IMG/VR virus record: IMGVR_UViG_3300028558_000016
Span: 124,001 to 188,000 of that record
Length of the DNA: 64,000 nt
Reading direction: 5' to 3' (one strand)
Made by a program: the position numbers and the translations under genes. Shown here in pieces: positions 26,631 through 36,454 of the stretch (its first letter is position 1; every line of letters starts with the position of its first letter). The notes below the pieces were generated by a model, which ran no database searches, was not told where the DNA came from, and worked only from the letters and a program-made list of their open reading frames with translations.

Positions 26631-26896
26631 ACCACATAAAACTATTTGAGGAATTCACTCTAAATGAGGTGAAGCTTAAGAAGCCAAAAGAAGCTTGGTT
26701 CAAAGAAACCAGCGATTATTGGAAGACCGTGAAGGATGCAAAGGTGATTGTCACTGACGAATATTTTTCAAACGGAGAAGGCCATTACAAGGGATATTGG
26801 AAGGACGATCCAACAAAAAAGTTTGACCTTCCAGATGTATTCTTCATGGATGCAGAACTTCAAGCATGGTTAGATAAAAATTCAAAAAAGAAATAA
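26627..26896 (+). CDS. Leader-tagged hypothetical protein
   Basis: MNHIKLFEEFTLNEV. Confidence 0.78.
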   Translation: MNHIKLFEEFTLNEVKLKKPKEAWFKETSDYWKTVKDAKVIVTDEYFSNGEGHYKGYWKDDPTKKFDLPDVFFMDAELQAWLDKNSKKK

Positions 26897-26897
26897 C

Positions 26898-27173
26898 ATG
26901 GACCACATTATCAAAAATTTCTTCGATTTCCTAAACGAAGCAGAACACAAAGCTCCGTTGGATTATACGACAATGAAGATCGGAGACACTCTCGTCAATC
27001 CAGATGGAACACCTTGGACAGAACAAGATAAATCAAAGATAGTCGTTCTCAACAAGGGAATAGCCTTAATTGAAGAAAATTTCGTTGACATAATAATTAA
27101 GACCGTTCTTGGTAAAGAAGAAAGATTCACAATCTCAAAAACGAACTTAAAAGAAATAGCAAAGAATCTGTAA
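26898..27173 (+). CDS. Leader-tagged hypothetical protein
   Basis: MDHIIKNFFDFLNEA. Confidence 0.75.
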   Translation: MDHIIKNFFDFLNEAEHKAPLDYTTMKIGDTLVNPDGTPWTEQDKSKIVVLNKGIALIEENFVDIIIKTVLGKEERFTISKTNLKEIAKNL

Positions 27174-28064
27174 ATGAAATTTGTAAAATTGTTTGAAAAT
27201 TTTCTTAATGAAGCTGAGATGTCATTTGATGATCTTCATTCCAAATTTAAAAATGCTGGAATGGAAGTAACAAAACCAATAGGCTCTCCAGAAAGAGGAA
27301 GCGGCAGAATGTTTGTTGCAATGCCTCCTGTTAATGGCATGCAATATGTTGCTGACGTTTATGACTTCAACAACGTAAAACAATTTATAGACAAATACAA
27401 AAGAATACAAAGGCACAATGACATAATAGAAAAAGTCTATAAATTCATTGAGTCTAAATACGGAAAAGAAATATGGATCATGTCAGGCGGTGGAGCTCAG
27501 CTCCAAGCATTTTATGGAAACAAGGACGGTTATTTAGCAACCCTTTATCTTGACATGGAGGATCCAAAGGATAACGACGACTTATTAGCAGCAGGAAGAG
27601 GAGATGGAAGTACATTCACTTTAACAGTTAACGGAAGCAAGAACGATAAAAATTTCAAAGATTGCCACATACCAAACGTTGAGGTTTTATATTCAAGAGA
27701 TTTATATGGTAGAAGCGACGATGACATGGAAGGATTAGAGGAATATTATGATGCTGACAACGTATTGAAATTGTTAAAGAAGAAATATCCTAAAGCAAAA
27801 TTCAAAAAACGAAAATATTACGATAAAGCCGAATGTGTGTTTCTATCGGAAGAACACGACGGAGGTTTGTTAAATTCATGGAACAGAGATTCTAATAGCT
27901 ATAATGATGGATTAGAAATAGAATTTGCTAAATTTTTAAAAGAACATGGATTAAAATGGTATTGGCATTCAGAAGAAGGACGAACTCATTGGGATGGAAT
28001 AGAGATAATTCCTACAGATTATAAAGGATACACAGAATATTATAAAAATAAATCCAAGGCATAA
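27174..28064 (+). CDS. Leader-tagged hypothetical protein
   Basis: MKFVKLFENFLNEA. Confidence 0.8.
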   Translation: MKFVKLFENFLNEAEMSFDDLHSKFKNAGMEVTKPIGSPERGSGRMFVAMPPVNGMQYVADVYDFNNVKQFIDKYKRIQRHNDIIEKVYKFIESKYGKEIWIMSGGGAQLQAFYGNKDGYLATLYLDMEDPKDNDDLLAAGRGDGSTFTLTVNGSKNDKNFKDCHIPNVEVLYSRDLYGRSDDDMEGLEEYYDADNVLKLLKKKYPKAKFKKRKYYDKAECVFLSEEHDGGLLNSWNRDSNSYNDGLEIEFAKFLKEHGLKWYWHSEEGRTHWDGIEIIPTDYKGYTEYYKNKSKA

Positions 28065-28321
28065 TGAAACACGTAAAATTATTTGAAGAATTCGATAACG
28101 AGGAACTGCTCGTTAAAGATCTCGAGAACCTTGGATGGGAATTAGCAAGCTTAGCTCCTAACACTGATCCACGTTTCACTAAGGGCGAACTCCAATTGGT
28201 GACCAATGAGCCTGACATGAAATATGAGGTTCAGGACATCAAAGGAAAACACACCGACAAGGACGTTGATGCTGAAACGAAATCAGTCCTACACAAACAT
28301 AAATTAGAGAGATTCAAATAA
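28064..28321 (+). CDS. Leader-tagged hypothetical protein
   Basis: MKHVKLFEEFDNEE. Confidence 0.78.
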   Translation: MKHVKLFEEFDNEELLVKDLENLGWELASLAPNTDPRFTKGELQLVTNEPDMKYEVQDIKGKHTDKDVDAETKSVLHKHKLERFK

Positions 28322-28584
28322 TGAAACACTTAAAGATTTTTGAAAACTTTAATGGACCTGTTTACAGCGGCGGAAACGTAACTAAGATGCCAGTGATCGG
28401 AACCATAACAACTCTTCCTATGGAGTTCGGAGATTTTAAAATAGCTGCTGGCACGGAAGAAGTAGTTGAGATCATAGATGCTCCTAACGGGAAAAAATGT
28501 TATGTATGCAACAGATGGAACAAGCCAGGAATTCCTCAGTTAGTTCACGAGGACATGGTAGAAAAATATGAGCCAAAGAAATGA
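28321..28584 (+). CDS. Leader-tagged hypothetical protein
   Basis: MKHLKIFENFN. Confidence 0.78.
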   Translation: MKHLKIFENFNGPVYSGGNVTKMPVIGTITTLPMEFGDFKIAAGTEEVVEIIDAPNGKKCYVCNRWNKPGIPQLVHEDMVEKYEPKK

Positions 28585-28946
28585 GAATAAAATTATTTGA
28601 GCAGTTTATAAATGAGGGAAGCCAAATAGAAAAGGTCCAGGATCTTTTTGAAACTGATTTCTTAGAACAGCAATTCGTAAAAGATTCGTTTGGAGAAAAC
28701 CCAGACTACGATATTGATAACGACACTACTCCATCTCCGGAAGGAGGGCTTGATAAAATAGTTTGGATTGAAATAAAAAATCCAACAGATGAAGCGAAGC
28801 AAGCCATCGATAAAGATTACAAAACTTTCGCAAAGCCGTTTGAAGAATGGGCAGCCAAACATGATTTATACAATCCGGAAATTACTACGTCTGACGACGA
28901 AGATACAGCTTCCAGCATGAGTTTCAAAATAACAATATTGAAATGA
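28581..28946 (+). CDS. Leader-tagged hypothetical protein
   Basis: MRIKLFEQFINEG. Confidence 0.78.
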   Translation: MRIKLFEQFINEGSQIEKVQDLFETDFLEQQFVKDSFGENPDYDIDNDTTPSPEGGLDKIVWIEIKNPTDEAKQAIDKDYKTFAKPFEEWAAKHDLYNPEITTSDDEDTASSMSFKITILK

Positions 28947-29305
28947 AACTAAAACTATTTGAGCAGTTCGTAAATGAGGAAAACGTGGATTTCTTTGACA
29001 TAGATCCTAAAAATCCTCCATCAACTGATGACAGCGTGAACTATGTTGCAAAACATGCAATAGGAGAACTCGTCAACTTCACGTTCAATGGCGTTAAGAT
29101 TCCTGCAATTGTCAGAGTGATCTACCACACAAACGGAAAGGTGAGATATGCAATAAGATTGATAGGAACTGACGAGAATGGAAAAGAATATTACAGCACT
29201 ATACACAACGTTGACTCCATATTCGTTGAGGACAACCTCGACCAAGACGGAAAGAGAACGATATATGACGCAGACTCGGTTGAAGATTTTGACAACTATT
29301 CATAA
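28943..29305 (+). CDS. Leader-tagged hypothetical protein (SH3-like barrel possible)
   Basis: MKLKLFEQFVNEE; HAIGELVNF.. Confidence 0.78.
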   Translation: MKLKLFEQFVNEENVDFFDIDPKNPPSTDDSVNYVAKHAIGELVNFTFNGVKIPAIVRVIYHTNGKVRYAIRLIGTDENGKEYYSTIHNVDSIFVEDNLDQDGKRTIYDADSVEDFDNYS

Positions 29306-29790
29306 TGAAACACATTAGTTTATTTGAAGCATACAAGCACGAAGAGATATTCCCATCCGAAATATTTGGAAAGGATACCGGCATGGATTGGATCTATAAG
29401 AATTGGAAGCTTCCATGCAGTCCAGAAGAAGCTGCAAATAAAGTAGACAAGTGGTCTGACGATCTTGATGTAAAATCGAAAGCAGAAAAAGCTGGAGGAG
29501 AATTGATAAAGTTCTTTCAGAAATTGGTGCACGATAATCCAGATTTGAAGGATCTTGGAGAACCCAAATCATGGTTGAACATAATTGATTTCTGTTATGG
29601 AGCAATAAGTAAGTTCAATGTTGATGACATTAAGTTCTATGCAAACCTTGATTGGAACGACAAGTTAAAATACAACATGAGCAACAGAGCATTGCAGGAC
29701 AAGATCGAATCAAAAACTAAAAGCTCCATAGGATGGGTGATGAGCCCAACTACTATCGAGAGAGTCAAAAAAGAACTAAAAATGAAATAA
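29305..29790 (+). CDS. Leader-tagged hypothetical protein
   Basis: MKHISLFEAYKHEE. Confidence 0.75.
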   Translation: MKHISLFEAYKHEEIFPSEIFGKDTGMDWIYKNWKLPCSPEEAANKVDKWSDDLDVKSKAEKAGGELIKFFQKLVHDNPDLKDLGEPKSWLNIIDFCYGAISKFNVDDIKFYANLDWNDKLKYNMSNRALQDKIESKTKSSIGWVMSPTTIERVKKELKMK

Positions 29791-30557
29791 TGAAATACAT
29801 AAAGCTATTCGAAAACTGGATGAACGAAGCGTTTTACCTTGAAGGTTTCAAACAAAACATGAAATCTAAAGTAGAAGGAAACATCGACCAATACATAGAC
29901 TTTGATGAGCCGGCAAACCTTTATTATGTGAAGATTCCGTATGATAAAATAAAGGGAGATGCTGCTGAAGTCATTTCGCCTTATGTTGACGGAAAATATC
30001 CTAAGTGTAAATCAGCAAGACTCGATGCAGACAAGCAAGAAGTTTCTATGGTTTTCACAAACGAGTCAAAGAATAACGATGACATTAAAGTTAATGATGT
30101 GGTTCGTTTAAAAACTGATCAATCTTACGAAGGTAAAAAAGGAGTTGTTGAATCGATTGATGGTGATACTGCAATGGTAAATTGGGGTGACCGTCTTGGA
30201 GATTGGGAGTCTAAAAACAAAAAAGTCACACCTCATAAATTAAATACTTTGATCAGCAATGGTCAACGTGTAACTGAAGCAGAAGAAAAGATCGACCTCA
30301 AAGCAAAGTTCCCAGAATTAGTCGCTGCTTTAGAAAAAGCAAAGGTTCCATGCAAGGTTAAATTATTGGATGCTCCTCACAGCGAGATTGTTGTGGAATG
30401 TGGCTGGGATTATCCAGACAGCATATTCGACAAAGTCGACAAGGCAGCAAATTCTGTAGGATTAAATACAAGCAATAACGTTAATGTGTGCGCTGATCAA
30501 TCCGGCGGAACTGTTGTAGATTCTAAAAGAATAGCAGGCGGACCAAAAAGATATTAA
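29790..30557 (+). CDS. Leader-tagged three-domain protein including a KOW/SH3-like domain (start revised)
   Basis: MKYIKLFENWMNEA; internal FTNES and RVTEA; IKVNDVVRL....EGKKGVVESIDGDTAMVNW. Confidence 0.75.
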   Translation: MKYIKLFENWMNEAFYLEGFKQNMKSKVEGNIDQYIDFDEPANLYYVKIPYDKIKGDAAEVISPYVDGKYPKCKSARLDADKQEVSMVFTNESKNNDDIKVNDVVRLKTDQSYEGKKGVVESIDGDTAMVNWGDRLGDWESKNKKVTPHKLNTLISNGQRVTEAEEKIDLKAKFPELVAALEKAKVPCKVKLLDAPHSEIVVECGWDYPDSIFDKVDKAANSVGLNTSNNVNVCADQSGGTVVDSKRIAGGPKRY

Positions 30558-30559
30558 AC

Positions 30560-31267
30560 ATGAAATCTCTCCAACAATTCTGGTTTGCTTCTGCACCCAT
30601 TGATTTGGAACATAAGCAATACGTCTTAATGGATTTTCTACAAAGCGTGAAGGATGACTTCACGCTTGACGTTTTGTATCCTTGGCTCTCTGAGGTCCAG
30701 AAACAATACGCAGACCTCACAAAGTTCAAGTTTGAAAGAGATGAGATGCTTGAAAGATTCAAGAAGATAAAGAGGATAAACCTCGAAAAGATGAAGCTGG
30801 AATACGAATACGACACATCTTGGATAACAAAAGATTTTGAGGAAGTTCACAACATCATAGAATTCTCAATACCTCATCTGGAAACCTGGATGAAGAAAGG
30901 ACAACATTTCTACGATAATATTTCCAACCAGATGAAGTGGGAGACAATAGGATTGATACCAGAATATAAAGACGAGGGTTATTTCATTCTGCACATCGAT
31001 TCAAGAGACATATTCATCTACAGGTTTAAAATAGAGAACATCATTCTTGAGTCAGATAACTACTTTGGAATAACAACAGAACTCATAGATTTTTTCAATT
31101 CAAGGTTTAAAACCTATGAGGACCTTAAACGAGATTTGATAAAAAAGCATAAGGATCTTCCAGTTCCATACACCGTTTCCGTTCAGACTAAGTTCTATCC
31201 TATGAAGGAAACACTCATGCCGATAGTGAAGAGAAACGGCCTGGTATGGGTCAAAAACGGATACTAA
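30560..31267 (+). CDS. Hypothetical protein resembling a Bacteroidota conserved family
   Basis: PIDLEHKQYVLMDFLQ, IGLIPEYKDEGY, PMKETLMPIVKR. Confidence 0.65.
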   Translation: MKSLQQFWFASAPIDLEHKQYVLMDFLQSVKDDFTLDVLYPWLSEVQKQYADLTKFKFERDEMLERFKKIKRINLEKMKLEYEYDTSWITKDFEEVHNIIEFSIPHLETWMKKGQHFYDNISNQMKWETIGLIPEYKDEGYFILHIDSRDIFIYRFKIENIILESDNYFGITTELIDFFNSRFKTYEDLKRDLIKKHKDLPVPYTVSVQTKFYPMKETLMPIVKRNGLVWVKNGY

Positions 31268-31293
31268 TATATACAAAAAGAACTGATCAATCC

Positions 31294-31713
31294 ATGAAGA
31301 AAATCTTAGCATTTTTAATAGCATTCCTGTTGTCTTTTGCGACAATTTCAGAAGCACAGACTCAAACTTATTACAAGAAGTTTCAAACCGATACTTACAT
31401 TCCTTGGAAAATAACCAACGAGGGTTGTTACGGTTGCGCCTCTTTTTATTGGCTGGTGAACAGGACTTTTCTTCCATCAAACAACACATACAAGTTCGAG
31501 ATATGGTTCTACAGCAACAGCTACTATCCTAACGGAGCTTGGGCTTCCACCTATGTTCAAGGATTATACTTCAACGTCGACGGATACAATCTTTATGCTG
31601 AACCATCGTGGGTTTTATTTAAAGACAAATACACATCGAGTCTTTCCACATTCTTCACACCAAACCCAACGCCCGTCGTCAAGATGACTTGGGCATCAAT
31701 GAAAGTTTACTAA
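31294..31713 (+). CDS. Exported protein (start revised)
   Basis: MKKILAFLIAFLLSFATISEA-Q signal peptide; RATATATA upstream. Confidence 0.7.
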   Translation: MKKILAFLIAFLLSFATISEAQTQTYYKKFQTDTYIPWKITNEGCYGCASFYWLVNRTFLPSNNTYKFEIWFYSNSYYPNGAWASTYVQGLYFNVDGYNLYAEPSWVLFKDKYTSSLSTFFTPNPTPVVKMTWASMKVY

Positions 31714-31714
31714 T

Positions 31715-32065
31715 ATGAACATAGATTTTTCAAAACTTAAATTCCAGACAAACTGGGCCAGCGCAACAACGATTGTCACTCTATTGATTGGAGTCATAAC
31801 ATTGTACATGACAAACAGCGGATTGAAGAACCAAATAGATGGTCTTCAAAAGAGCAATGATGCTTTAACCAAATCGGTTGGAACTCTTGGCGAATCTGTT
31901 TCAGCATTGAAAGGTTCACAGGAAGTTACATCGAAAGCCATAGAGATATTCATGCAGAATCCTCCAGGAGAACTGAAGTACAGGATAGAGAGAATGGAAC
32001 AAAGGTTTGGCATGTCAGCCGCTGACACAACTTCCAAACCTTTCAACAATAACCATCCACATTAA
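31715..32065 (+). CDS. Single-TM coiled-coil protein (spanin/holin-like topology)
   Basis: N-terminal TM followed by heptad repeats. Confidence 0.5.
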   Translation: MNIDFSKLKFQTNWASATTIVTLLIGVITLYMTNSGLKNQIDGLQKSNDALTKSVGTLGESVSALKGSQEVTSKAIEIFMQNPPGELKYRIERMEQRFGMSAADTTSKPFNNNHPH

Positions 32066-32093
32066 AATATATACAGAAACCAACAAATATACC

Positions 32094-32480
32094 ATGGACA
32101 AAAGAGACATTGAGAAGTTAAGATTGAAGACGCAGATGAACGAGACATTACACCTCGTTGAGACATCTCCATACCAATCAATAAGACAGAATGCTGAATT
32201 GAAGCTCAAGTTTCTTCAGGAACAATACAAGGGAGCTTTTGGAGAATATTCAAAGGAACACGAGATTGCAGAAAAGGGAATGTATGAAGGAAAACCTTTT
32301 TGGGAAGTAACCGAAGCAAGAAGAAAAGACGGTGAGGTCTTCAGAACCGGAGATAAGTACATGGATGGAAATAATAAAACTTTTACCATCAAGATCATGA
32401 CCATCTCTCCTAATGGGAAGTTGATGGCAACAGCTGAAGAAGGCGGACAAATAGATCTTGGCAACGTAAAGAAAGCATAA
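32094..32480 (+). CDS. Hypothetical protein (start revised)
   Basis: ATG 20 nt after RATATATA; contains QMNE and VTEA possible cleavage sites. Confidence 0.65.
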   Translation: MDKRDIEKLRLKTQMNETLHLVETSPYQSIRQNAELKLKFLQEQYKGAFGEYSKEHEIAEKGMYEGKPFWEVTEARRKDGEVFRTGDKYMDGNNKTFTIKIMTISPNGKLMATAEEGGQIDLGNVKKA

Positions 32481-32481
32481 C

Positions 32482-32667
32482 ATGAAAAACCTAAAACTTT
32501 TTGAAGCATTCTTTGAAGAACTTTCTGAAAAGAAGGAACAACTCAGATCCAAGAAAGGAAAGTGGGAGATCATTGGACCTGAAGAGAAAGTTCCTGACGG
32601 TTGGAGAGTTATGAACGTCACAGGACTTCCTGATGGATATAAAGCAATTTGTAAAACAACTGACTAA
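32482..32667 (+). CDS. Leader-tagged small protein
   Basis: MKNLKLFEAFFEELSE. Confidence 0.75.
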   Translation: MKNLKLFEAFFEELSEKKEQLRSKKGKWEIIGPEEKVPDGWRVMNVTGLPDGYKAICKTTD

Positions 32668-33059
32668 TGAAATACGTAAAATTATTTGAAGAATTCACAG
32701 ACGATGGTCAGGACCCACACGGTCATAATTCCAATCAGGAAGCTTCAAAGGCATACATATATTACATCAACAATGATGACGAAAAACATTTCGACGCTGA
32801 CATTAGAGACCCTGATGGCAAGATTATTTTTGAATTGACTGCTTCAGACCTTTCAAACGATGGACACATGAAAGGAAAGGATGACGTTCAAGGATTAAGA
32901 GAATTGCTTTTAAGCAAGAACAAGATTAAACAGGGAGACACGATAGTTCCAGCCAATTCAACTGCAAAAGTTGTAGGAGGACAGAACATGGATTTCGTTC
33001 CTGAGTTAAACACGAACCTGAACCAGACTTTGATAAACCAAAAATCAGAACCGGAATAA
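32667..33059 (+). CDS. Leader-tagged hypothetical protein
   Basis: MKYVKLFEEF. Confidence 0.78.
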   Translation: MKYVKLFEEFTDDGQDPHGHNSNQEASKAYIYYINNDDEKHFDADIRDPDGKIIFELTASDLSNDGHMKGKDDVQGLRELLLSKNKIKQGDTIVPANSTAKVVGGQNMDFVPELNTNLNQTLINQKSEPE

Positions 33060-33316
33060 TGAGAATAAAAGATTTTAAAAACTTCGGCCTTACAGAAAAG
33101 GAAGAAGACTTCGTGAACGGAACAAATACAGAAGAGTTCAACATTCTCGTTTCTAAATTAGTCGATCATGAATTGGAAGAATTTGAAGAGGAAGACGCAG
33201 AAGAAAAGGGAATCACAAAGGATGATTGCCAGAAGATTAAAGACTATCTCGTTCAAAACAAATTATATGTCGCTCCTGAAAAAGAGGAAGGCGAAGAAAA
33301 AACAGACGGTGAATAA
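33059..33316 (+). CDS. Leader-tagged acidic protein
   Basis: MRIKDFKNFGLTEK. Confidence 0.7.
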   Translation: MRIKDFKNFGLTEKEEDFVNGTNTEEFNILVSKLVDHELEEFEEEDAEEKGITKDDCQKIKDYLVQNKLYVAPEKEEGEEKTDGE

Positions 33317-33376
33317 TGAACTTGTTGCAGAAGCTAAGATGGGGACTCCTCATAACACAATTAATGGAAATAAGAA

Positions 33377-33955
33377 ATGAAATACGTAAAACTGTTTGAG
33401 GGATTCCTCAATGAAGGTAAATCCAAATTACTTGGAAAAGATCTGCCTACTCCTTTTTCATCTGAGGTGACGATGACCCAGGCAAACATTGATTGCGTAA
33501 TTTCTTTTCTTGAACAAAAAGGAATAGAAGCAACAGACGAAAATATAGCGCTTCTCGTTGCTAATATAATGCCGACTCATAAAGACTCAGTTGCTTTTGA
33601 CAACGGTAAAGGATTTGATATTGATGACAGCGACTTTGACAGTTGGGAAGACGTCAGGTCTAATTTTCCAGGATATGAAGATGTAGATGAATCTTTAAAC
33701 GAAGCAGACAGAAGCATCAAGGACATTGCAGCTGACGTTAAGGCAGATTGGAAGAACGTTTCACCTTATGCCAAACCTTATCTCGATGCGATGTTTGATT
33801 TGAACACCATTGATGACAAGTACATCGAGGACTCTGCTTCAAGCGTTCTATCTTATTTTCTTGCAAACGCAGCAACCTGGAAGGGTGAGAAAGCAAAAGC
33901 GATCAAGAAGGAATTGAACGATATGTTGAAAGTATATTACAAGAAGAACAAATGA
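33377..33955 (+). CDS. Leader-tagged two-domain protein
   Basis: MKYVKLFEGFLNEG; internal SLNEA before a domain DW..V..YAKPYLDAM...YFLANA.TW.G resembling small stand-alone phage proteins. Confidence 0.78.
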   Translation: MKYVKLFEGFLNEGKSKLLGKDLPTPFSSEVTMTQANIDCVISFLEQKGIEATDENIALLVANIMPTHKDSVAFDNGKGFDIDDSDFDSWEDVRSNFPGYEDVDESLNEADRSIKDIAADVKADWKNVSPYAKPYLDAMFDLNTIDDKYIEDSASSVLSYFLANAATWKGEKAKAIKKELNDMLKVYYKKNK

Positions 33956-34170
33956 AGAACATAAAATTTTTCGAGAACTATCAAGAGAATGAGCTTCCAA
34001 AGAACAAGGCGATGGATGAAATCAAGGAAGCATTCCTTAGATTTATTTTAAACGGCGCAAAGATAAAATTGGAAGATGTTCAAGAGGTTCACGCATTCAA
34101 CAAGTACACAGAGATCAAGACCAAGTTTCAGACTTACAGGATCGACTACGACATAAAGATTATAGGATAA
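33952..34170 (+). CDS. Leader-tagged small protein
   Basis: MKNIKFFENYQENE. Confidence 0.72.
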   Translation: MKNIKFFENYQENELPKNKAMDEIKEAFLRFILNGAKIKLEDVQEVHAFNKYTEIKTKFQTYRIDYDIKIIG

Positions 34171-34484
34171 TGAAACACGTAAAACTATACGAGAACTTCC
34201 TTAACGAAAAAGAATTAAATCTAACCAAAGGAAAAAAATTCAAGGTTCTTAAGGACACTGAATTAACCTGGTTTGAAAACACCGGTGGATCTTCGTTTTC
34301 TCCAAAAAGCGTTGAAGTGAAAACAGGAGAAACGTTGACATATCTTGGAAATGGATTCGGCGCATTTGCTGGATCTGACGACGTGGCAGTTCCTCAATTC
34401 CAAAAAGAATCTGGAGAAAAAGGTGAACTAAAAGATACAGGAACTTGGGGACAACTTCCAACCGGAGTTCTAAAAAATATTTAA
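34170..34484 (+). CDS. Leader-tagged hypothetical protein
   Basis: MKHVKLYENFLNEK. Confidence 0.8.
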   Translation: MKHVKLYENFLNEKELNLTKGKKFKVLKDTELTWFENTGGSSFSPKSVEVKTGETLTYLGNGFGAFAGSDDVAVPQFQKESGEKGELKDTGTWGQLPTGVLKNI

Positions 34485-34485
34485 G

Positions 34486-34848
34486 ATGGCAAGAGAAATC
34501 TATATGAGGGATCCGACCGATCCGTATTTTAAGTCCGACATCATGGAAATTAATGATGAGGTTGAAATGCTCATCACTCAGATCAAGATGATTTTGTTCA
34601 CAAGACCTGGAGAAGTATTAGGAGCTCCTGATTTCGGAGTTGCATTGGAAGACCAACTGTTCACGTTCAACATAAACGAATATGCTTTGAAGTCGATGTT
34701 GTTTGACCAGGTGATAAAGTTTGTTCCTTTGTCAGAGAAGTATCACGTCAAGTTTGACATCAACTTCTCAAAGGGAACCGTTAGGGATATTTGTCTTATA
34801 GACGTTGTTATAAACGGAAATCCGTTGTTTGGAATATTAGTTAAATAA
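34486..34848 (+). CDS. Baseplate wedge / sheath initiator, GPW-gp25 family
   Basis: QIKMILFTRPGEVLGAPDFGVALEDQLF. Confidence 0.85.
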   Translation: MAREIYMRDPTDPYFKSDIMEINDEVEMLITQIKMILFTRPGEVLGAPDFGVALEDQLFTFNINEYALKSMLFDQVIKFVPLSEKYHVKFDINFSKGTVRDICLIDVVINGNPLFGILVK

Positions 34849-34850
34849 TT

Positions 34851-35075
34851 ATGAAAAACCTAAAACATTTTGACGAGCTAAACGAAGGGCATTCAAGAAT
34901 GATTCTTCCTGACCTTGCTAACTTATCAAACAACTCTCAATTGACTAATGAATTGGCAAACATCCTTGCTGAAAAGTTGGATGAAGCTGAATTCAGAAAA
35001 TTACAGGATTGGTTGAGACTCGCAAAGTCTCAAATGAATACTAAGATACAACAAGCCTCAAGAAAATTCCACTAA
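34851..35075 (+). CDS. Leader-tagged small protein
   Basis: MKNLKHFDELNEG. Confidence 0.72.
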   Translation: MKNLKHFDELNEGHSRMILPDLANLSNNSQLTNELANILAEKLDEAEFRKLQDWLRLAKSQMNTKIQQASRKFH

Positions 35076-35076
35076 T

Positions 35077-35535
35077 ATGAAACACATCCAACCATTAAAC
35101 GAAGCTCTGCAACAAAGAGCATTGGAATTAATCCTAAGAGGGTTGAAGCAAACAGGCGACAACAAGGAAGCTTATTTTTATATAGAGGAAGATCTTTATG
35201 GAAATGAAGCCGATGAGGTTGCTGCTTTTCTTGGATGGCTCGAAGAAACAGGAAAACACATAGGAAGCGGAAATGCTAAATCAACATACGACGAATTCAA
35301 AAAGACCATCAAGCCTGCTGACTTTAAAAAGCACAGCGTGATGAACATGAAAACCAAGCACGAAGAGAAAAGAAACGAGAGAATGATCGCTGATCAGCAA
35401 TTAAAGAAGGGCGACAAGGTTTACATACAAAAAGAAGTCACATCGACGTTTTATACAACACACGAAATCATCAGCACTGATCCTAAGAACAATACAATAA
35501 CCATAAAATTGTCTGATCCATTTAAAACAACATAA
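35077..35535 (+). CDS. Leader-tagged hypothetical protein
   Basis: MKHIQPLNEA; C-terminal LKKGDKVYI barrel. Confidence 0.7.
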   Translation: MKHIQPLNEALQQRALELILRGLKQTGDNKEAYFYIEEDLYGNEADEVAAFLGWLEETGKHIGSGNAKSTYDEFKKTIKPADFKKHSVMNMKTKHEEKRNERMIADQQLKKGDKVYIQKEVTSTFYTTHEIISTDPKNNTITIKLSDPFKTT

Positions 35536-35543
35536 TTTAAAAC

Positions 35544-36125
35544 ATGGCCACAAAGATAAAAAGAAAAATTCTCAATTTTGGGGATTTTAAAAAAGGAAAG
35601 AACATCCTTCAGACCGCTGAAAAGCAGCATCCTATTAAAGATGAATCTGTAAAAGAGTCTGTGAACGAAACAGAAAAAGTTTCTAACGAAAAAGAGGCTG
35701 AAGACTGGTTTTTAAAGAACCATGAAGGAAGCGTGACTTGCGTTAAGGACGGAAAAGAACAAACTGTCGGAAGTTATCCTGAAGCAGTTGAATTCTTCAA
35801 GAGCGATGCAGTCGAAGAAGCTAAGAAAGAAAAAGCTCCAAAGGAAGCTTCCATATTCAAGAGAAACATTCTCGATTTCAAGAAATTCAAGGATGGCAAA
35901 GACTCTGTTCAAAAGGAAAAGGTTAAGCCCATAAAAGAAAATCAAACTATCGTTGATGGCAAGGAAAGAGTGTTTGACGAATTCAAAGACAAGAAAGAAT
36001 TCACAACACAGGAATTGTGTGCTGCATTGAAGAAGGAATATCCTGACTCATTAGCTGGCGACATCAGTGACATGGCAGATACTTTGTCAAGAGCTTTGGA
36101 AAATTACAAAAACCCAGGTGAGTAA
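35544..36125 (+). CDS. Charged protein with duplicated leader-like motif (possible prohead core component)
   Basis: KRKILNFGDFKKGK and KRNILDFKKFKDGK; VKES, VNET, VEEA, IKEN sites. Confidence 0.6.
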   Translation: MATKIKRKILNFGDFKKGKNILQTAEKQHPIKDESVKESVNETEKVSNEKEAEDWFLKNHEGSVTCVKDGKEQTVGSYPEAVEFFKSDAVEEAKKEKAPKEASIFKRNILDFKKFKDGKDSVQKEKVKPIKENQTIVDGKERVFDEFKDKKEFTTQELCAALKKEYPDSLAGDISDMADTLSRALENYKNPGE

Positions 36126-36403
36126 TGAAACATATTAAATTATTCGAAGAAATGAACGAATCAGATGCGCCAAGCGACGAATTGGTCAAGGGCAACGTAT
36201 ACAAGATATACGACAGGAAGCAAAACGGCAAGCTCATTTACAGGGCTGCAAGGTTTGATGGTCCAGATGCTCAAGGAAACAAGTTCTGTTTGGTCAACTT
36301 TCCAAAGGAAAAATTTGAATGGTTCAAGAAGGACGGCATGGACTCGTTGTATCTGGTCAAGATAGATTGGAAACCCGAGTCGGAATACAAGAAAAAGAAA
36401 TAA
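36125..36403 (+). CDS. Leader-tagged hypothetical protein
   Basis: MKHIKLFEEMNES. Confidence 0.8.
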   Translation: MKHIKLFEEMNESDAPSDELVKGNVYKIYDRKQNGKLIYRAARFDGPDAQGNKFCLVNFPKEKFEWFKKDGMDSLYLVKIDWKPESEYKKKK

Positions 36404-36427
36404 AGTTAACAATTACATAATAATCTG

Positions 36428-36454
36428 AAGCCCGTTTATACGAACGGGCTTTTT
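36428..36454 (+). terminator. Intrinsic terminator
   Basis: AAGCCCGTT/AACGGGCTT plus T run. Confidence 0.85.

Noticed and set aside
33310-33380. Possible frameshift extending ORF 33059 (NELVAEAKMG.. in another frame)
   Set aside because: Too short to distinguish from chance without reads or homologues
23415-36403. CRISPR array or integron attC sites
   Set aside because: The recurring DNA is degenerate, in-frame coding leader with gene-length spacing; no palindromic attC, cas or integrase
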